DNA from: Ruditapes philippinarum
Lineage: Eukaryota
DNA: 64,000 nucleotides
Assembly (NCBI RefSeq): GCF_026571515.1
Contig: NW_026853814.1
Span: forward strand, 1 to 64,000
Direction: 5' to 3'
Numbering within the stretch: position 1 is the first letter of the stretch; the number at the start of each line of letters is the position of its first letter. Under the pieces are notes generated by a model. It had not been told where the DNA came from. It searched no databases and was given only the letters and a program-made list of their open reading frames with translations. The position numbers and the translations under genes are program-made. Shown here one piece after another: positions 53,801 to 64,000 of this stretch.

Positions 53801-56800
53801 CACTATGCATCTCCTTCAACTCTTTTCCATACTCCCTTTTGCCATGTCTTCGTTTAGACCTACTTCTACTTCTCCGCTTGCCCCTTCTTTCATTTCTATC
53901 ATATGACCTATAACCTCTCTTACTCTTCCTCTCTGACCTATAACCTTCTTCACCTGACCTTCGGCGTCTGTCATTACCACTTTCACCACTGTCAACAATA
54001 TCTGTATATTTTCTTTTTCTTTCCCTTTTTTCGTGATATGAGTCTCTTCTATGCTGTGACCTATTTCTCAACTGATTTTCTTTCTCTGCTTGTCTTCTCT
54101 CTTTCCGGTTTTTGAACACCTGAAATAAAATGAATCTAGGTCAAGGTCGCTCTGCTGATTATAGTTACCTAGGGCATGCTTCCGAGCATTTCTCGCATAC
54201 GGTGAAATCTTCAAGTCTTCCAATCCCAACAAAACTTGACACATCACTCCATCATCCATTCTGTTGCACTGAGAATAGACAGAAGAAAAGAAAAAGAGAA
54301 AATAAAGGCTGATATTTATTTAATTTTGAAAACTTCTATTCAATAACATAATTGATTTGCTTACTTTCAAGAGAAAATTTGAAATCATTTTATTAAAGCT
54401 AATTCAATAAAATATTTGCATGGTAACGACATAGTTAAATAAAGATACTTTTTATAGCACAATGCTTATTGCATACTTTTTTAAAATCTAGTCATTTGTA
54501 TTATACCACACATTCCACTGTTTTGTTACTCAATGTAAGGAACAGACTATGGGCATAAAATAATTGTTTTCATTTCACTACAATGTATATGCAACAAATA
54601 CTGCTTTCCCATACAATGAATTCTTTTTTTTTTGTTGTAATTTTCTGATTCCATGTTTATCCATATAAAATAGGCATGGACAATATTTTATTTCTATATA
54701 AATGTATACGCACTTTAATGATTTCAAAAGTTTTATGATTTTTTGATGATATTCATAACTATACAATGTGTTAAAAATTTACACTTCTGTCATTTTTCTC
54801 CTTGACAATGAAATTAGCATTTATTATGTTATCTTATTATTTATATGATATAACGTTTAGCCTACTGGTGGCAACTCATTTTACCCATGCATCCAGTGCA
54901 GACCTGAAGATCAGTTAGCATATATGTGCCATCTGATCATGACAGCACTGTTTGCTATTCATTCAATATCTTAAAGGCCCATTATGCCTCAGAAATGCTA
55001 TCAGTTTCATTTTTCAAAAACTTTTATTTATTGGTATCTTGTTACAGTTTCTAAAAAAACATTTGCCATAAAGATGAACTACCGTTTACTTTCTTTGCTA
55101 TGTGTCAATTAGTAAAAATATAGTAAATTAGTATTTTGTATGAAAGTCAAAATACTACTTTGTTTACATTATTCAACCTTGCACATTTTGTGGTACTTTC
55201 CTCAGTTGTTTTAACATCAAACTAGCTCTAAATAAATTAATAAACATTTTTAAACACATGGTTTTCACATTTATAAAGAATTAAAACAAGAGCTGTCCGT
55301 AGGACAGCAACGCTCAACTATTCTTAGTGCTTGATAGTAAAAATAAATGCTTGATACAGTTACCTCCTCCTGTTTACAGGTTGGGGTAATGATGGTGAAC
55401 AAGTGTGCAAAAGTTTCAAAGCCATATGTCAATGGACTTTGAAAATATTTGAGGTATTACAAAAACTTTAACGTAAATTCTAAGTCAAAAAGGGGCATAA
55501 TTCTGTCAAAATGCTTGAAACAGTTACCTCCTCCTGTTTACAGGTTGGGGTAATGATGGTGAACAAGTGTGCAAAGTTTCAAAGCCATAAAAGCCATATG
55601 TCAATGGACTTTGAAAATATTTGAGGTATTACAAAAACTTTAACGTAAATTCTAAGTCAAAAAGGGGCATAATTCTGTCAAAATGCTTGATACAGTTACC
55701 TCCTCCTGTTTACAGGTTGGGGTAATGATGGTGAACAAGTGTGCAAAGTTTCAAAGCCATATGTCAATGGACTTTGAAAATATTTGAACTATTACAAAAA
55801 CTTTAACGTAAATTCTAAGTAAAAAAAAGGGGCATAATTCTGTCAAAATGCTTGATACAGTTACCTCCTCCTGTTTACAGGTTGGGGTAATGATGGTGAA
55901 CAAGTGTGCAAAGTTTCAAAGCCATATGTCAATGGACTTTGAAAATATTTGAGGTATTACAAAAACTTTAACGTAAATTCTAAGTCGAAAAAGGGGCATA
56001 ATTCTGTCAAAATGCTTGATACAGTTATCTCCTCCTGTTTACAGGTTGGGGTAATGATGGTGAACAAGTGTGCAAAGTTTCAAAGCCATATGTCAATGGA
56101 CTTTGAAAATATTTGAGGTATTACAAAAACTTTAACGTAAATTCTAAGTCAAAAAGGGGCATAATTCTGTCAAAATGCTTGATACAGTTACCTCCTCCTG
56201 TTTACAGGTTGGGGTAATGATGGTGAACAAGTGTGCAAAGTTTCAAAGCTATATGTCAATGGACTTTGAAAATATTTGAGGTATTACAAAAACTTTAACG
56301 TAAATTCTAAGTCGAAAAAGGGGCATAATTCTGTCAAAATGCTTGATACAGTTATCTCCTCGTGTCTACATGTTGGGGTCATGATGGTGAACAAGTGTGC
56401 AAAGTTTCAAAGCCATATGTCAATGGACTTTGAAAATATTTGAGGTATTACAAAAACTTTAACATAAGTGGTTATGCCGACGCTCGGGTGACTACAATAG
56501 CTCTACTTATTCTTATCGAATAGTCGAGCTAAAAAATATGGATTTGTGAGGCATAATGGGCCTTTAACATTTACCCTTTAAGTTAAGTTGATGACTGGTT
56601 TTGTCCATATTAATATATGGACAGTTCCAGTTATAACATTTAGCATGGTAAAAGTTAAATATGTAACAGTTCAATTTCTAAACTTCATCTTTAAAGTTTT
56701 AAACAAGTTTGTGATGGCAAACTTTAAAAAAAATTCAAACCATTTTTCCACTTCACTCGGTCAAAATTATTTTATCTTTTCATTAATTCTTTATAATATT

Positions 56801-59800
56801 AGACATTATAAGTTTCCTAATAAATTGTTATGTTTCGAGTTGAACTTACTTTGTCATCAGCTGAATGCCTCTCATTGTCCCTTTTCTTTCTTGCTGTATT
56901 TCTAGATTTTCTAACTTTGGAAAGGTTTTTCTTAGACTGATCATGATCCATGAAGTTTGGCTGTTCTGTTGTCTTAAAACATAAATTTGCAGAATTTTGA
57001 TAGCTCTCAGTCAAAACTAACAATTCAGCATTACAGTCATATACTATTAGTTTTATTAATTTTTTGTTACTTTTGTTGTTTTCACTTTTAAATTAACTCC
57101 ACTGAGGTTTTATTTGACATAACATAATGATTTTGTTTGTTTGTTTGTTTTATTGGATTTTACATCACACTGAAACAGTATAGGTCATATGGCAACGTTC
57201 CAGCTTGACTGGTGGAGGAAGACCTCAGGTGCCCATTAGAAAGGAACGCGCCCCTGAGTAGAACTAGCTGGATAGCTTCCTCAGATGAAAAAAATCCAAA
57301 GTCCCCGTCAAGATTTGAACCCACAGTGGTGAGGGGCAAGTGGTTTGAAATCAACGAACTTAACCACTCGTCCACGAACACTCCTGACATAATGAAAAAA
57401 ATCCACGAAGCAAGAAATGGTGTATAGATTTAATTCAAAATCATATAAATATCAAGTCCTAGGAAAGATAATAACCAAATATCATACCTGACTTTGTGTA
57501 GGAATCTCTATCTGAGAATGAAATAGGTATTCACCAGTGTCATAGTCATAATAATAGTAGATGCCCGTCTTAGGATCATAGAATAATGACTTGTGCTGTA
57601 AATAGAGGTAAAGATAAAACTTGAATGAAATACTTATTTTATTTAAAATATTATTTCTGACCAGATTAATATTATATTCATTATATCTTAAGAAATGCAT
57701 TGTATTAAGAAAGAGCTTTGATATGATGTTTATGTTCTTTTTGGGTTTTATGTCGCAACTTCCAGCAATAAAGGTGGAAGACTTCAGCTGACCCCTTTGT
57801 GCACCTGAGTAGAATTCCTGACATTTGTAAGCTAGCTGGATGCTTCCTTGTCTAAAACTTCCAAAGTTCCTAGCCAGATTGATTTCAAAGATGTCTCTCT
57901 TTCTAACCCTATCTTTATCTGCTGAATTCTTTTAAAATAAACTTGTCATGTACTTATATTTTGTGAGTTTAACCCTTTAAATAATTCATTAATTGGACCT
58001 GTCCAGCTTCCATATTTGGAATACTCCAGCTTAGTAATGTGACATTATGTCAAGATGAAAGATAATGTATTTCAACCTCCAATCTTCTATAAAATTGTCA
58101 AAATGATAGTATGTTGTTTGAACTAAGAAAGAAAAACAGTTTACTGGGCCTATTCAATATTGCATATTCATACCAGAAAAAAAAGGACATTCATCTGAAA
58201 ATCTTGAAAGTGTATTAAGATTTTATACTAACTTGATCATAGTAATAACCAGTGGCTGGGTGGTAATAGAGGCCCGAATGATCGTCATACACATAACCTT
58301 GATCCTGCAGCATGTTGGCCTGTTGTTGTTGTACCACAGCCTCTGCTGCCTGTTTTATACTGTCAGCTATAGAGATAGCGTCCATCTCTGAGCCTGCCTG
58401 CTAATACAACAAAGCAAAACCATTTCGTGTTAGATTCTCTCTTTAAAAAGACTGAATTTATAAGATAATTACAGTGAAGTAACAGTAATTATCAGATTCA
58501 TAAAATGACTGATTAACAAACGTTCTATCATTTTTCTATGTAAATAAAAAACAACATCTTAACATGAACAGGGCTGGCAAAATCTGATTTTGACATACTT
58601 GTTCGTTTTTAAGTGAAGCATTTTTCATTTTGTCCGTATGATATTTACATAGTTAATTCTTGAAAATCTTCACTTGTCTGTACAGGCTGTTGGACAACCT
58701 GGGCAATACGGACAATTGATTTTGCCAGCCCTGATGAATAAACTAATGTTGGAGTTACAGTAACAGACACTTTGTATAAGAAATACAGCATCACCATGGT
58801 AACTAAGCATTTGTAACACCCACAATCCCAGCAAGCCAATTGAATCTCGGAATACTTAATGCTCTTAATACATTCAAACATTTCAAGCAAATATGGTACC
58901 TTCAATACAAGTTAATTTACTATAATTCTAAATCTACAACACTTTCTGGCTTAAAAGTAACATACAAAGTACCTGCAGTGTAGAAGGTATCTCAGGAGTG
59001 ACTATAGCTACATCAGGTGTCTCACTTGTCTCGACAGACATTTTCATTGACTCATCATCGGCATTCCATTTTGGCATAGTGTCAACTCCTGTTGTGTAAC
59101 ATTAAATATTTAAGAGTCAGGGCCTGGAAATCTAATTTTTTCTCACTAACAGTGAAAACAATCCACTCTTTAAAAAAAAGCAGTTATTCATTTGACATGA
59201 TAAAAATATCTGTTATAAATAAACTTAACATACATACAAAACATACATAATAACTGGTTAGAATTATATTTTGTCCGATGAAATTGTTCCATTTTTCAAA
59301 TTCTTCCAAAAAGAGCATCATACTGTGTAAAGATACAAAACATAATGTCTACAACTTGTCTAAATAGTAGGGGCTTCCATTAAGTTCCAAACTTAAAGTC
59401 AGAGAGTGCAAATTGTCCGACATTGGACGTCACATTATATAGGTAAAGAAGAAAAAGCATTACATTTTGGAAGTCACAACCCAAAATCAAAGGGTAAATT
59501 ACTCCCAAACTCCCACTTATGGGAGCCTTGATTAAGTCAGCATGAATTCAATTAATTCTGTCATTGTGCCACAAGATTTCATTTCATGTATATACTTACT
59601 AACAAACACTAACCTGTTTTTTTAACCAAAAAAATATACTTGACGTGTCTTAACTAAATCATACATATTTCAAACTTGTCATGAATTATCTACATCACCA
59701 GTTACTATGATAATAGTCAGATTTATTTTTTCTATTTCCTCATCACAAAATTCACCTGTGGTATAATTCAGAAAGTCCTCCTTATCTACCTGTACATGTA

Positions 59801-62388
59801 CACTGCATGTTTGTACAGTTTTCACCCGGTGAATTTCACTACTTAGTTTCTCAACCTGTAAAATAAACATGTGATCACTAAATTTTATTGTTTAATGAAC
59901 CAATTCAGAAGTATCCTCCTATAAACTAGACCTTATGCAGGGCTCATCCTGGGGGGAAATTTTAGGGAGAAGTGACTTCCTCGCGAAAAATAGGGAGAAG
60001 GGAAACAGCCCAATGTGTATGCATTAACATGCATGGCTATACATCCTTAACTATAATATAAACACAATTAAACTATTTATCAGCTAATTTATAAGCTTTC
60101 TCTACATATTTGTTTATATATTTTCATGTAGATTTATTGATAATAATGTGTAAAAAAAATTTGATGAATAAATTAATTTCATATTTTTACTTTCCTCACT
60201 TTTAATAGAAGATAAAGTTTCAAACAAAATCTGCCTATTCTGTTCTGATTACAGAAAATTCTTATATGATCTTGCATGTTGTAATGTCATATTTATGTAC
60301 ATATAGTTATGCTTATAAAACAATTTTCAAACATCTTAATCTGAGCGTCATATTTATGACATAAAAACAAATATATATATTGAAACAATAAGAACACTTC
60401 TTTCCGTTATATACATGTTCACATGATATACGATTGATATGTAGCATGCCGATCATGATTCGTAGTTTTTCCGGGATGTCGTGCCCACGTGCGTAAGCTG
60501 TGTCAAATTTGGCATTTCTACAAAGATAACAATGCCAAACACTCTCACTGTCTTCAACATACCAATCGTAAGATTTTTGCGAATTGGCTTCCTTAAATTT
60601 TTGCGTCAGAATCAGTAACTTTCTTTTACTTCTAGGTTTGGGCATTTCGCCCTGTAGCCATGACGTGAGCGACATAACAATTTTTTAATTTATGTTAACT
60701 AATTTATGTTAACAGACTGAAATCATTCAAAACTATGATTAAGTTTTTAATCCGGTCGCTGATCATTAATGAAATTGATTATTTTTAATTGACTAACAGT
60801 TTTGTGATAGCCGTGAAAAACCCATTGCAGATCGCCTTTACTCGGGTTAAACACCGCGTGTATATCAAATAGGGAAGATTTGCATGTGTTTAGATGATCG
60901 GGAAAAAACAATCTATAATTATCGCCAAATCCCGTATTAAACTCGCAAAACTGTCACACAATTTTACCCGTTTCGGGCCGATGCTCACATTATTTACTGT
61001 CTAGAGTAGGCGGTCTATCGCTTTGCATACAGGTAGAAGGGTAGTATAAAGCGACGCTCTGATTGGATAATGATAATTAGCAGTTGTCATATGGGCGTAT
61101 ACAATCTCTGCTCTTTACATCGCCAAGTAATTATTCTTTGGGAATTAAGATTTTATCGGCGATGTTGACTTCTCTTTGATCAATTGTGAGAGCGAAATGG
61201 AAATATACACGGCGAAGTTTTCGCCTGAATCGCCCTTCCGGATGAGCCCTGCTTATGGGGACTTTTTGCCCTTAAAATAGTGTTTCCCATAAGTAGCCCA
61301 TCATTTAAGAGTTACTGTCTATTAATAACTTTAAAAGTTAAAAGAGTGTTAAAAGAAAATCACTTTTTATCAAAACTTTCAAATACATGTAGAAAACTCT
61401 GTTAAATAAATGGCAAACTATTTAAAGACAGTGGTTATATCTAATTGAAAATTATATGAAGATAATTTAATATTATGTCAAGTGGTTATATCTAATGTCA
61501 AGTATATATAAAGTTAAGTACCATACTCCTTAAAACCTCGTTATAATCATTTGCCTTAGTCAGCTGCCGTTCACTCCTGTGCAATTTCTTCTTAGTAGCT
61601 TCTAACTCAGTTCTGCATTCATGAACTAGTTTGATGGCCTCTTCTTTCGACAGATTGGTACAGTCTGATTTTTTATCCATGGTTTTCCTGACATTGTTCA
61701 AGCACGTATCTAACTGTGGACACGGCGTGGATGGAATTTCATGCTGTGCTATTGAAGGTGACTCTGGTTCCAACTCTATTTTAGATGATGATGATGATTT
61801 TAATTCACATGTTGATGATATTTTAACAGATGATGATGATTCTGTATTAGATGATGATGACTTTATGACAGATGACTTCGGATTAGACATTGAAGATGAT
61901 TTCACATTAGATGGCATATCATCTTTTATATGTAATTTTACATCAGACTGTGACATTGAATTTACAAGTGATGATTCAGATGATAGTGATACAGACTGTG
62001 TAACTGTTGGATGTACAATGTTTGAATCAGACTGGTTTGCTGTCTGAACTGTAAATGCATTTGATGATGAAATGTCAGATTCAGACTGTGTTGTTGAAGC
62101 AAATAAGTTTGAATCGGGTTTTTCCGTATTTAAATCATTGGCTGCTAATATTATATCAGATTGTGAGCTATCTGAATGTATGAATGTTCCCCCAAGTACA
62201 GAGGACACTTTGGTTTCCAGTGAAAGAGGAGAGGAATTCTCATGATTTTCCACATTACTACAGGTACTTTCATGCACTTTCTCCAGGTCCGTAGTGATAT
62301 GTTGACTTCCCTGGTTTTGTATCCCTCCTGTTGTCTGACTGATTAGACCAAGCAGTTCAGCATCTGTTAACTTCTCCGTACTTGCCAT
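44597..62388 (-). CDS. AGGF1: Angiogenic factor with G-patch and FHA domains 1 homolog; whole multi-exon coding span
   Basis: Manually joined GT-AG exons give a coiled coil, an OCRE Tyr-repeat (GYVYDDHSGLYYHPATGYYYDQHKSLFYDPKTGIYYYYD), FHA (PPCIRMMV...LGRE...VSKVHAEI...SQNGTFLN) and a G-patch (NVGHKMLQKMGWKEGDSLGK...AGLG). This domain order is diagnostic of AGGF1. Confidence 0.93.
44925..45122 (-). mobile_element. SINE family 1, degraded intronic copy
   Basis: TGGCCGAGTGG A box, GGTTCGAATCCC B box, AAAGTCGTCATATGACC 3' segment. Confidence 0.8.
47280..47547 (-). mobile_element. Second tRNA-headed SINE family, degraded
   Basis: Minus-strand TAGCTCTAGAGGGAGAGC A-box-like and GGTTTGAACC B-box-like head, followed by a body unrelated to family 1. 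Confidence 0.55.
48126..48225 (-). CDS. AGGF1: AGGF1 exon, G-patch (PISTGNVGHKMLQKMGWKEGDSLGKNNKGIQEP)
   Basis: ttcag acceptor, CCA|gtaag donor, 100 nt, phase 2 to 0. Confidence 0.95.
48771..48901 (-). CDS. AGGF1: AGGF1 exon (NSAYEN...YTDKAEERRKIVGSD...APASVHR)
   Basis: ttttag acceptor, AG|gtaaat donor, 131 nt, phase 0 to 2; YxDxAxxRR motif precedes the G-patch. Confidence 0.92.
49213..49295 (-). CDS. AGGF1: AGGF1 exon (IKVLSKEERLRQKKQELNQIKKRYGLK)
   Basis: attcag acceptor, AAG|gtatgg donor, 83 nt, phase 1 to 0; resembles the conserved LSKEE...ELKKI..KYGL segment. Confidence 0.9.
49415..49590 (+). mobile_element. SINE family 1, degraded partial copy
   Basis: GGGACTTTGGATTC...AAGCTATCCAGCTAGCTTA...ATATGACC. 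Confidence 0.75.
50600..50701 (-). CDS. AGGF1: AGGF1 exon, FHA core (VHAEIQYN...DHASQNGTFLNDQRLSP)
   Basis: tttcag acceptor, CCT|gtaagt donor, 102 nt; completes the SxxH motif and carries SxNGT. Confidence 0.93.
51309..51460 (-). CDS. AGGF1: AGGF1 exon, FHA start (EVAGSYPPCIRMMV...LGRENCDICIPDLNVSK)
   Basis: ttttcag acceptor, AAG|gtaaag donor, 152 nt, phase 1 to 0; contains the FHA GR motif. Confidence 0.93.
51866..52862 (-). mobile_element. Complete HINE/Helentron-type element with six approximately 145-bp tandem repeats
   Basis: Minus strand: 5' subTIR ATGTCTCCCC with an adjacent inverted copy, (GTCC)n microsatellite, six units containing GTGACCTTGACC (plus-strand reading), 3' subTIR GGGGAGACAT, hairpin GCTTTT-TTAC-AAAAGC, CTAGTT. 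Confidence 0.9.
53177..54119 (-). CDS. AGGF1: AGGF1 alternative exon B: 314-aa Arg/Ser/Lys-rich then Asp/Glu/Ser-rich domain
   Basis: ttatttcag acceptor, 943-nt open frame (RRSRSRSKRR, ESGELTDSD), CAAG|gtttga donor, phase 0 to 1. Confidence 0.82.
54169..54268 (-). CDS. AGGF1: AGGF1 alternative exon A (CNRMDDGVMCQVLLGLEDLKISPYARNARKHAL)
   Basis: Very long pyrimidine tract plus ctcag acceptor, G|gtaact donor, 100 nt, phase 0 to 1, open frame. Confidence 0.7.
54975..56563. mobile_element. Kolobok-like MITE hosting a nested HINE
   Basis: TTAA|AGGCCCATTATGCCTCA ... TGAGGCATAATGGGCCT|TTAA. Confidence 0.85.
55285..56533 (-). mobile_element. HINE/Helentron-type element with seven approximately 164-bp tandem repeats
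   Basis: Ends AACAAGAGCTGTCCGTAGGACAGC (hairpin) and GAATAGTCGAGCTAAAA; near-identical units start at about 55347, 55511, 55683, 55848, 56012, 56175 and 56339. Confidence 0.9.
56850..56972 (-). CDS. AGGF1: AGGF1 exon, basic NLS-like segment (TTEQPNF...RKKRDNERHSADDK)
   Basis: Strong AAA|gtaagt donor. The acceptor is ttttaag (or an in-frame downstream CAG), phase 0-0; the 5' edge is uncertain. Confidence 0.7.
57133..57385 (-). mobile_element. SINE family 1, near full-length intronic copy
   Basis: Core GAAGCTATCCAGCTAG, (AAAC)n tail, flanking direct repeat ACATAATGA. Confidence 0.85.
57488..57595 (-). CDS. AGGF1: AGGF1 exon, OCRE C-half (HKSLFYDPKTGIYYYYDYDTGEYLFHSQI)
   Basis: tacag acceptor, CAG|gtatga donor, 108 nt, phase 0-0. 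Confidence 0.92.
57740..57880 (-). mobile_element. SINE family 1 fragment
   Basis: GCACCTGAGTAGAA...GTAAGCTAGCTGGATGCTTCC. Confidence 0.7.
58233..58400 (-). CDS. AGGF1: AGGF1 exon, OCRE N-half (SIADSIKQAAEAVV...GYYYDQ)
   Basis: tagCAG (NAGNAG) acceptor, CAA|gttagt donor, 168 nt. Confidence 0.92.
58569..58733. mobile_element. 165-bp hAT-like MITE
   Basis: TIR CAGGGCTGGCAAAATC / GATTTTGCCAGCCCTG; ATGAA is directly repeated on both sides. Confidence 0.85.
58973..59088 (-). CDS. AGGF1: AGGF1 exon (GVDTMPKWNADD...PSTLQ)
   Basis: acaacag acceptor, CAG|gtactt donor, 116 nt, phase 1 to 0, open frame. Confidence 0.8.
59756..59855 (-). CDS. AGGF1: AGGF1 exon (VEKLSSEIHRVK...DFLNYTT)
   Basis: ttttacag acceptor, G|gtgaat donor, 100 nt, phase 0 to 1; continues the coiled coil. 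Confidence 0.85.
59938..61251 (-). mobile_element. Internally deleted hAT-like element retaining a zinc-finger N-terminus
   Basis: TIR CAGGGCTCATCC / GGATGAGCCCTG with CTTATG on both sides. ORF 60313-60675 has YDWYV...WHCYLCR...YARG, like TTF-type/ZNF862-related hAT zinc fingers. Confidence 0.8.
61522..62388 (-). CDS. AGGF1: AGGF1 first coding exon: Ser-rich extension plus start of coiled coil
   Basis: ATG at 62388 lies just downstream of an acceptor (tttag|GTAAAAATG), so an upstream UTR exon is implied. The exon ends ...NEVLRSM|gtactt, phase 0. Confidence 0.85.
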
Positions 62389-62528
62389 TTTTACCTAAAA
62401 TAAGCCATAGAAATCTTTGAATACTTTTAACTCAGAATTATGCATTTGATAAGACTGGTGCTGTTCAGTTGGGGCACTCTTACAAAAATAATAAGAACAA
62501 TGCAATCAGACTTTTTCCTAGGTACAGG

Positions 62529-63097
62529 CAAAGGGACCCGGCACAGTGTTGGGATAGTGTAAACAAGAGCTGTCGGTAGGACAGCAACGCTCGACTATTC
62601 TTAGTGCTTGATAGTAAAAAAAAATGCTTGATAAAGTTACCTCCTCCTGTCTACAGGTTGGGGTCATGATGGTGAACAAGTGTGCAAAGTTTCAAAGCCA
62701 TATGTCAATGGACTTTGAAAATATTTGAACTATTACAAAAACTTTAACGTAAATTCTAAGTCGAAAAAGGGGCATAATTCTGTCAAAATGCTTGATAGAG
62801 TTACCTCCTCCTGTCTACAGGTTGGGGTCATGATGGTGAACAAGTGTGCAAAGTTTCAAAGCCATATGTCAATGGACTTTGAAAATATTTGAACTATTAC
62901 AAAAACTTTAACATAAGTGGTTACGCCGACACTCGGGTGACTACAATAGCTCTACTTATTCTTATCGAATAGTCGAGCTAAAAAGTAATTATAGAAAAAA
63001 TATATAGTTTATATATAATATATATTATCTATAAACTATATATTTTTTCTAGAATTACTTTTTTTACACTATTCCAACACTGTGTCGGTTCCCTTTG
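62529..63097. mobile_element. Fold-back MITE (P- or hAT-like) with a nested HINE
   Basis: Almost wholly palindromic once the HINE is removed; CAAAGGGA.CCG.CACAGTGTTGG ends; 8-bp TSD GGTACAGG at 62521-62528 and 63098-63105. Confidence 0.88.
62561..62983 (-). mobile_element. HINE of the same family as 55285-56533, with only two repeat units
   Basis: Same termini and the same approximately 164-bp unit. Confidence 0.9.
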
Positions 63098-64000
63098 GGT
63101 ACAGGTACTTTGACATTAAATATTTTCATTTTCATTGAAAACTAAAGATATTTTGATAACTTATAGGTGTTCAAATAATGAATAAAATAACAAAGTCAAA
63201 TCTTAAGTCTGTTCACTGACACTAAACTAGTCTATATAATGTCCAGATTTTGACAGTTACCAGTTTTCGCGATGTAAACAAGTTAATAATTTTGCAAGAC
63301 AATCATTAACGTGCAATAGTATTATACATTTGAATTTGGCAAAAACACTTACAGAGCAAATGTAGACTTTTATAAATTGATGCTATATCAAAGGTTCTTT
63401 TGCACCTATCGATAAATACATACAATAAGATAGAAAAATTGACTTTTTTATTTTCTTTTTGGGCAATGGTGCGCTTGATTGTTAAACTATTAATTTTTGA
63501 TTTAATCGAACAAATTGTGTTGTTTTCCTGTGGTCATTTGCGGGTTTACCATGTATTTTTTAATATATCACGGATTTATATTACATGTACTATAAATCCT
63601 TGAATATAAGTATTGCTACTCCGTGTTCACTCATTTCAGTAAAAATATAAATCTGCTTAGTGCTAATAGATCTATGTCTTAATTTAAAATTTCTTATGAA
63701 AACATAATTATTATAACATGATAAAAAGGAATTAAGACGTATTTTAAATTGCTTTTTTTAGGATTGAACCAATGACCAGTGCTAACTCTGCTTCAGCATT
63801 GATAAAAAAATGGTTCTGAATTATTTATTTAATACATTAAAGGCTTAGTAAATAGTTAATATTGTGATCAAATTTGAAATTTTACCACGATCAGTCTCGG
63901 CTTATATTGACTGACGACCATTTATCTTTGGGCCATATATATTATCTGTAAATCTTCATCAATATACTAGCTTACTAAAATAAATACAAATGATAAAATC

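Noticed and set aside
53449-54312. Plus-strand and alternate-frame ORFs over exon B, and 61631-62047 over the first coding exon
   Set aside because: These are antisense or off-frame shadows of low-complexity AGGF1 coding sequence.
51910-56460. Regular tandem arrays as CRISPR-like loci
   Set aside because: The units are near-identical along their whole 145- or 164-bp length with no unique spacers, there are no cas genes, and the arrays sit inside HINE termini in eukaryotic introns.

Overview
AT-rich animal genomic DNA, not prokaryotic. The repeat types suggest a bivalve mollusc, but that is inference. The right third (44.6-62.4 kb, minus strand) holds one spliced gene that I reconstructed exon by exon as AGGF1 (coiled coil, OCRE, FHA, G-patch). 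The gene has two anomalies. First, two phase-matched exons lie only 49 nt apart and can only be used one at a time, swapping a 33-aa peptide for a 314-aa Arg/Ser- and acid-rich domain. Second, one expected FHA/Cys exon is missing. The left two-thirds is largely non-coding. It contains an approximately 10-kb diverged tandem duplication (19.1-39.7 kb), decayed mariner and Tc1 transposons, tRNA-derived SINEs, Helentron-type (HINE) elements carrying satellite arrays, nested MITEs, recurrent TA>TACATGTA insertions, and a candidate three-micro-exon small ORF. There is an N gap at 6061-6221, and the first approximately 1.9 kb looks error-rich. Most ORFs in the supplied track are spurious.
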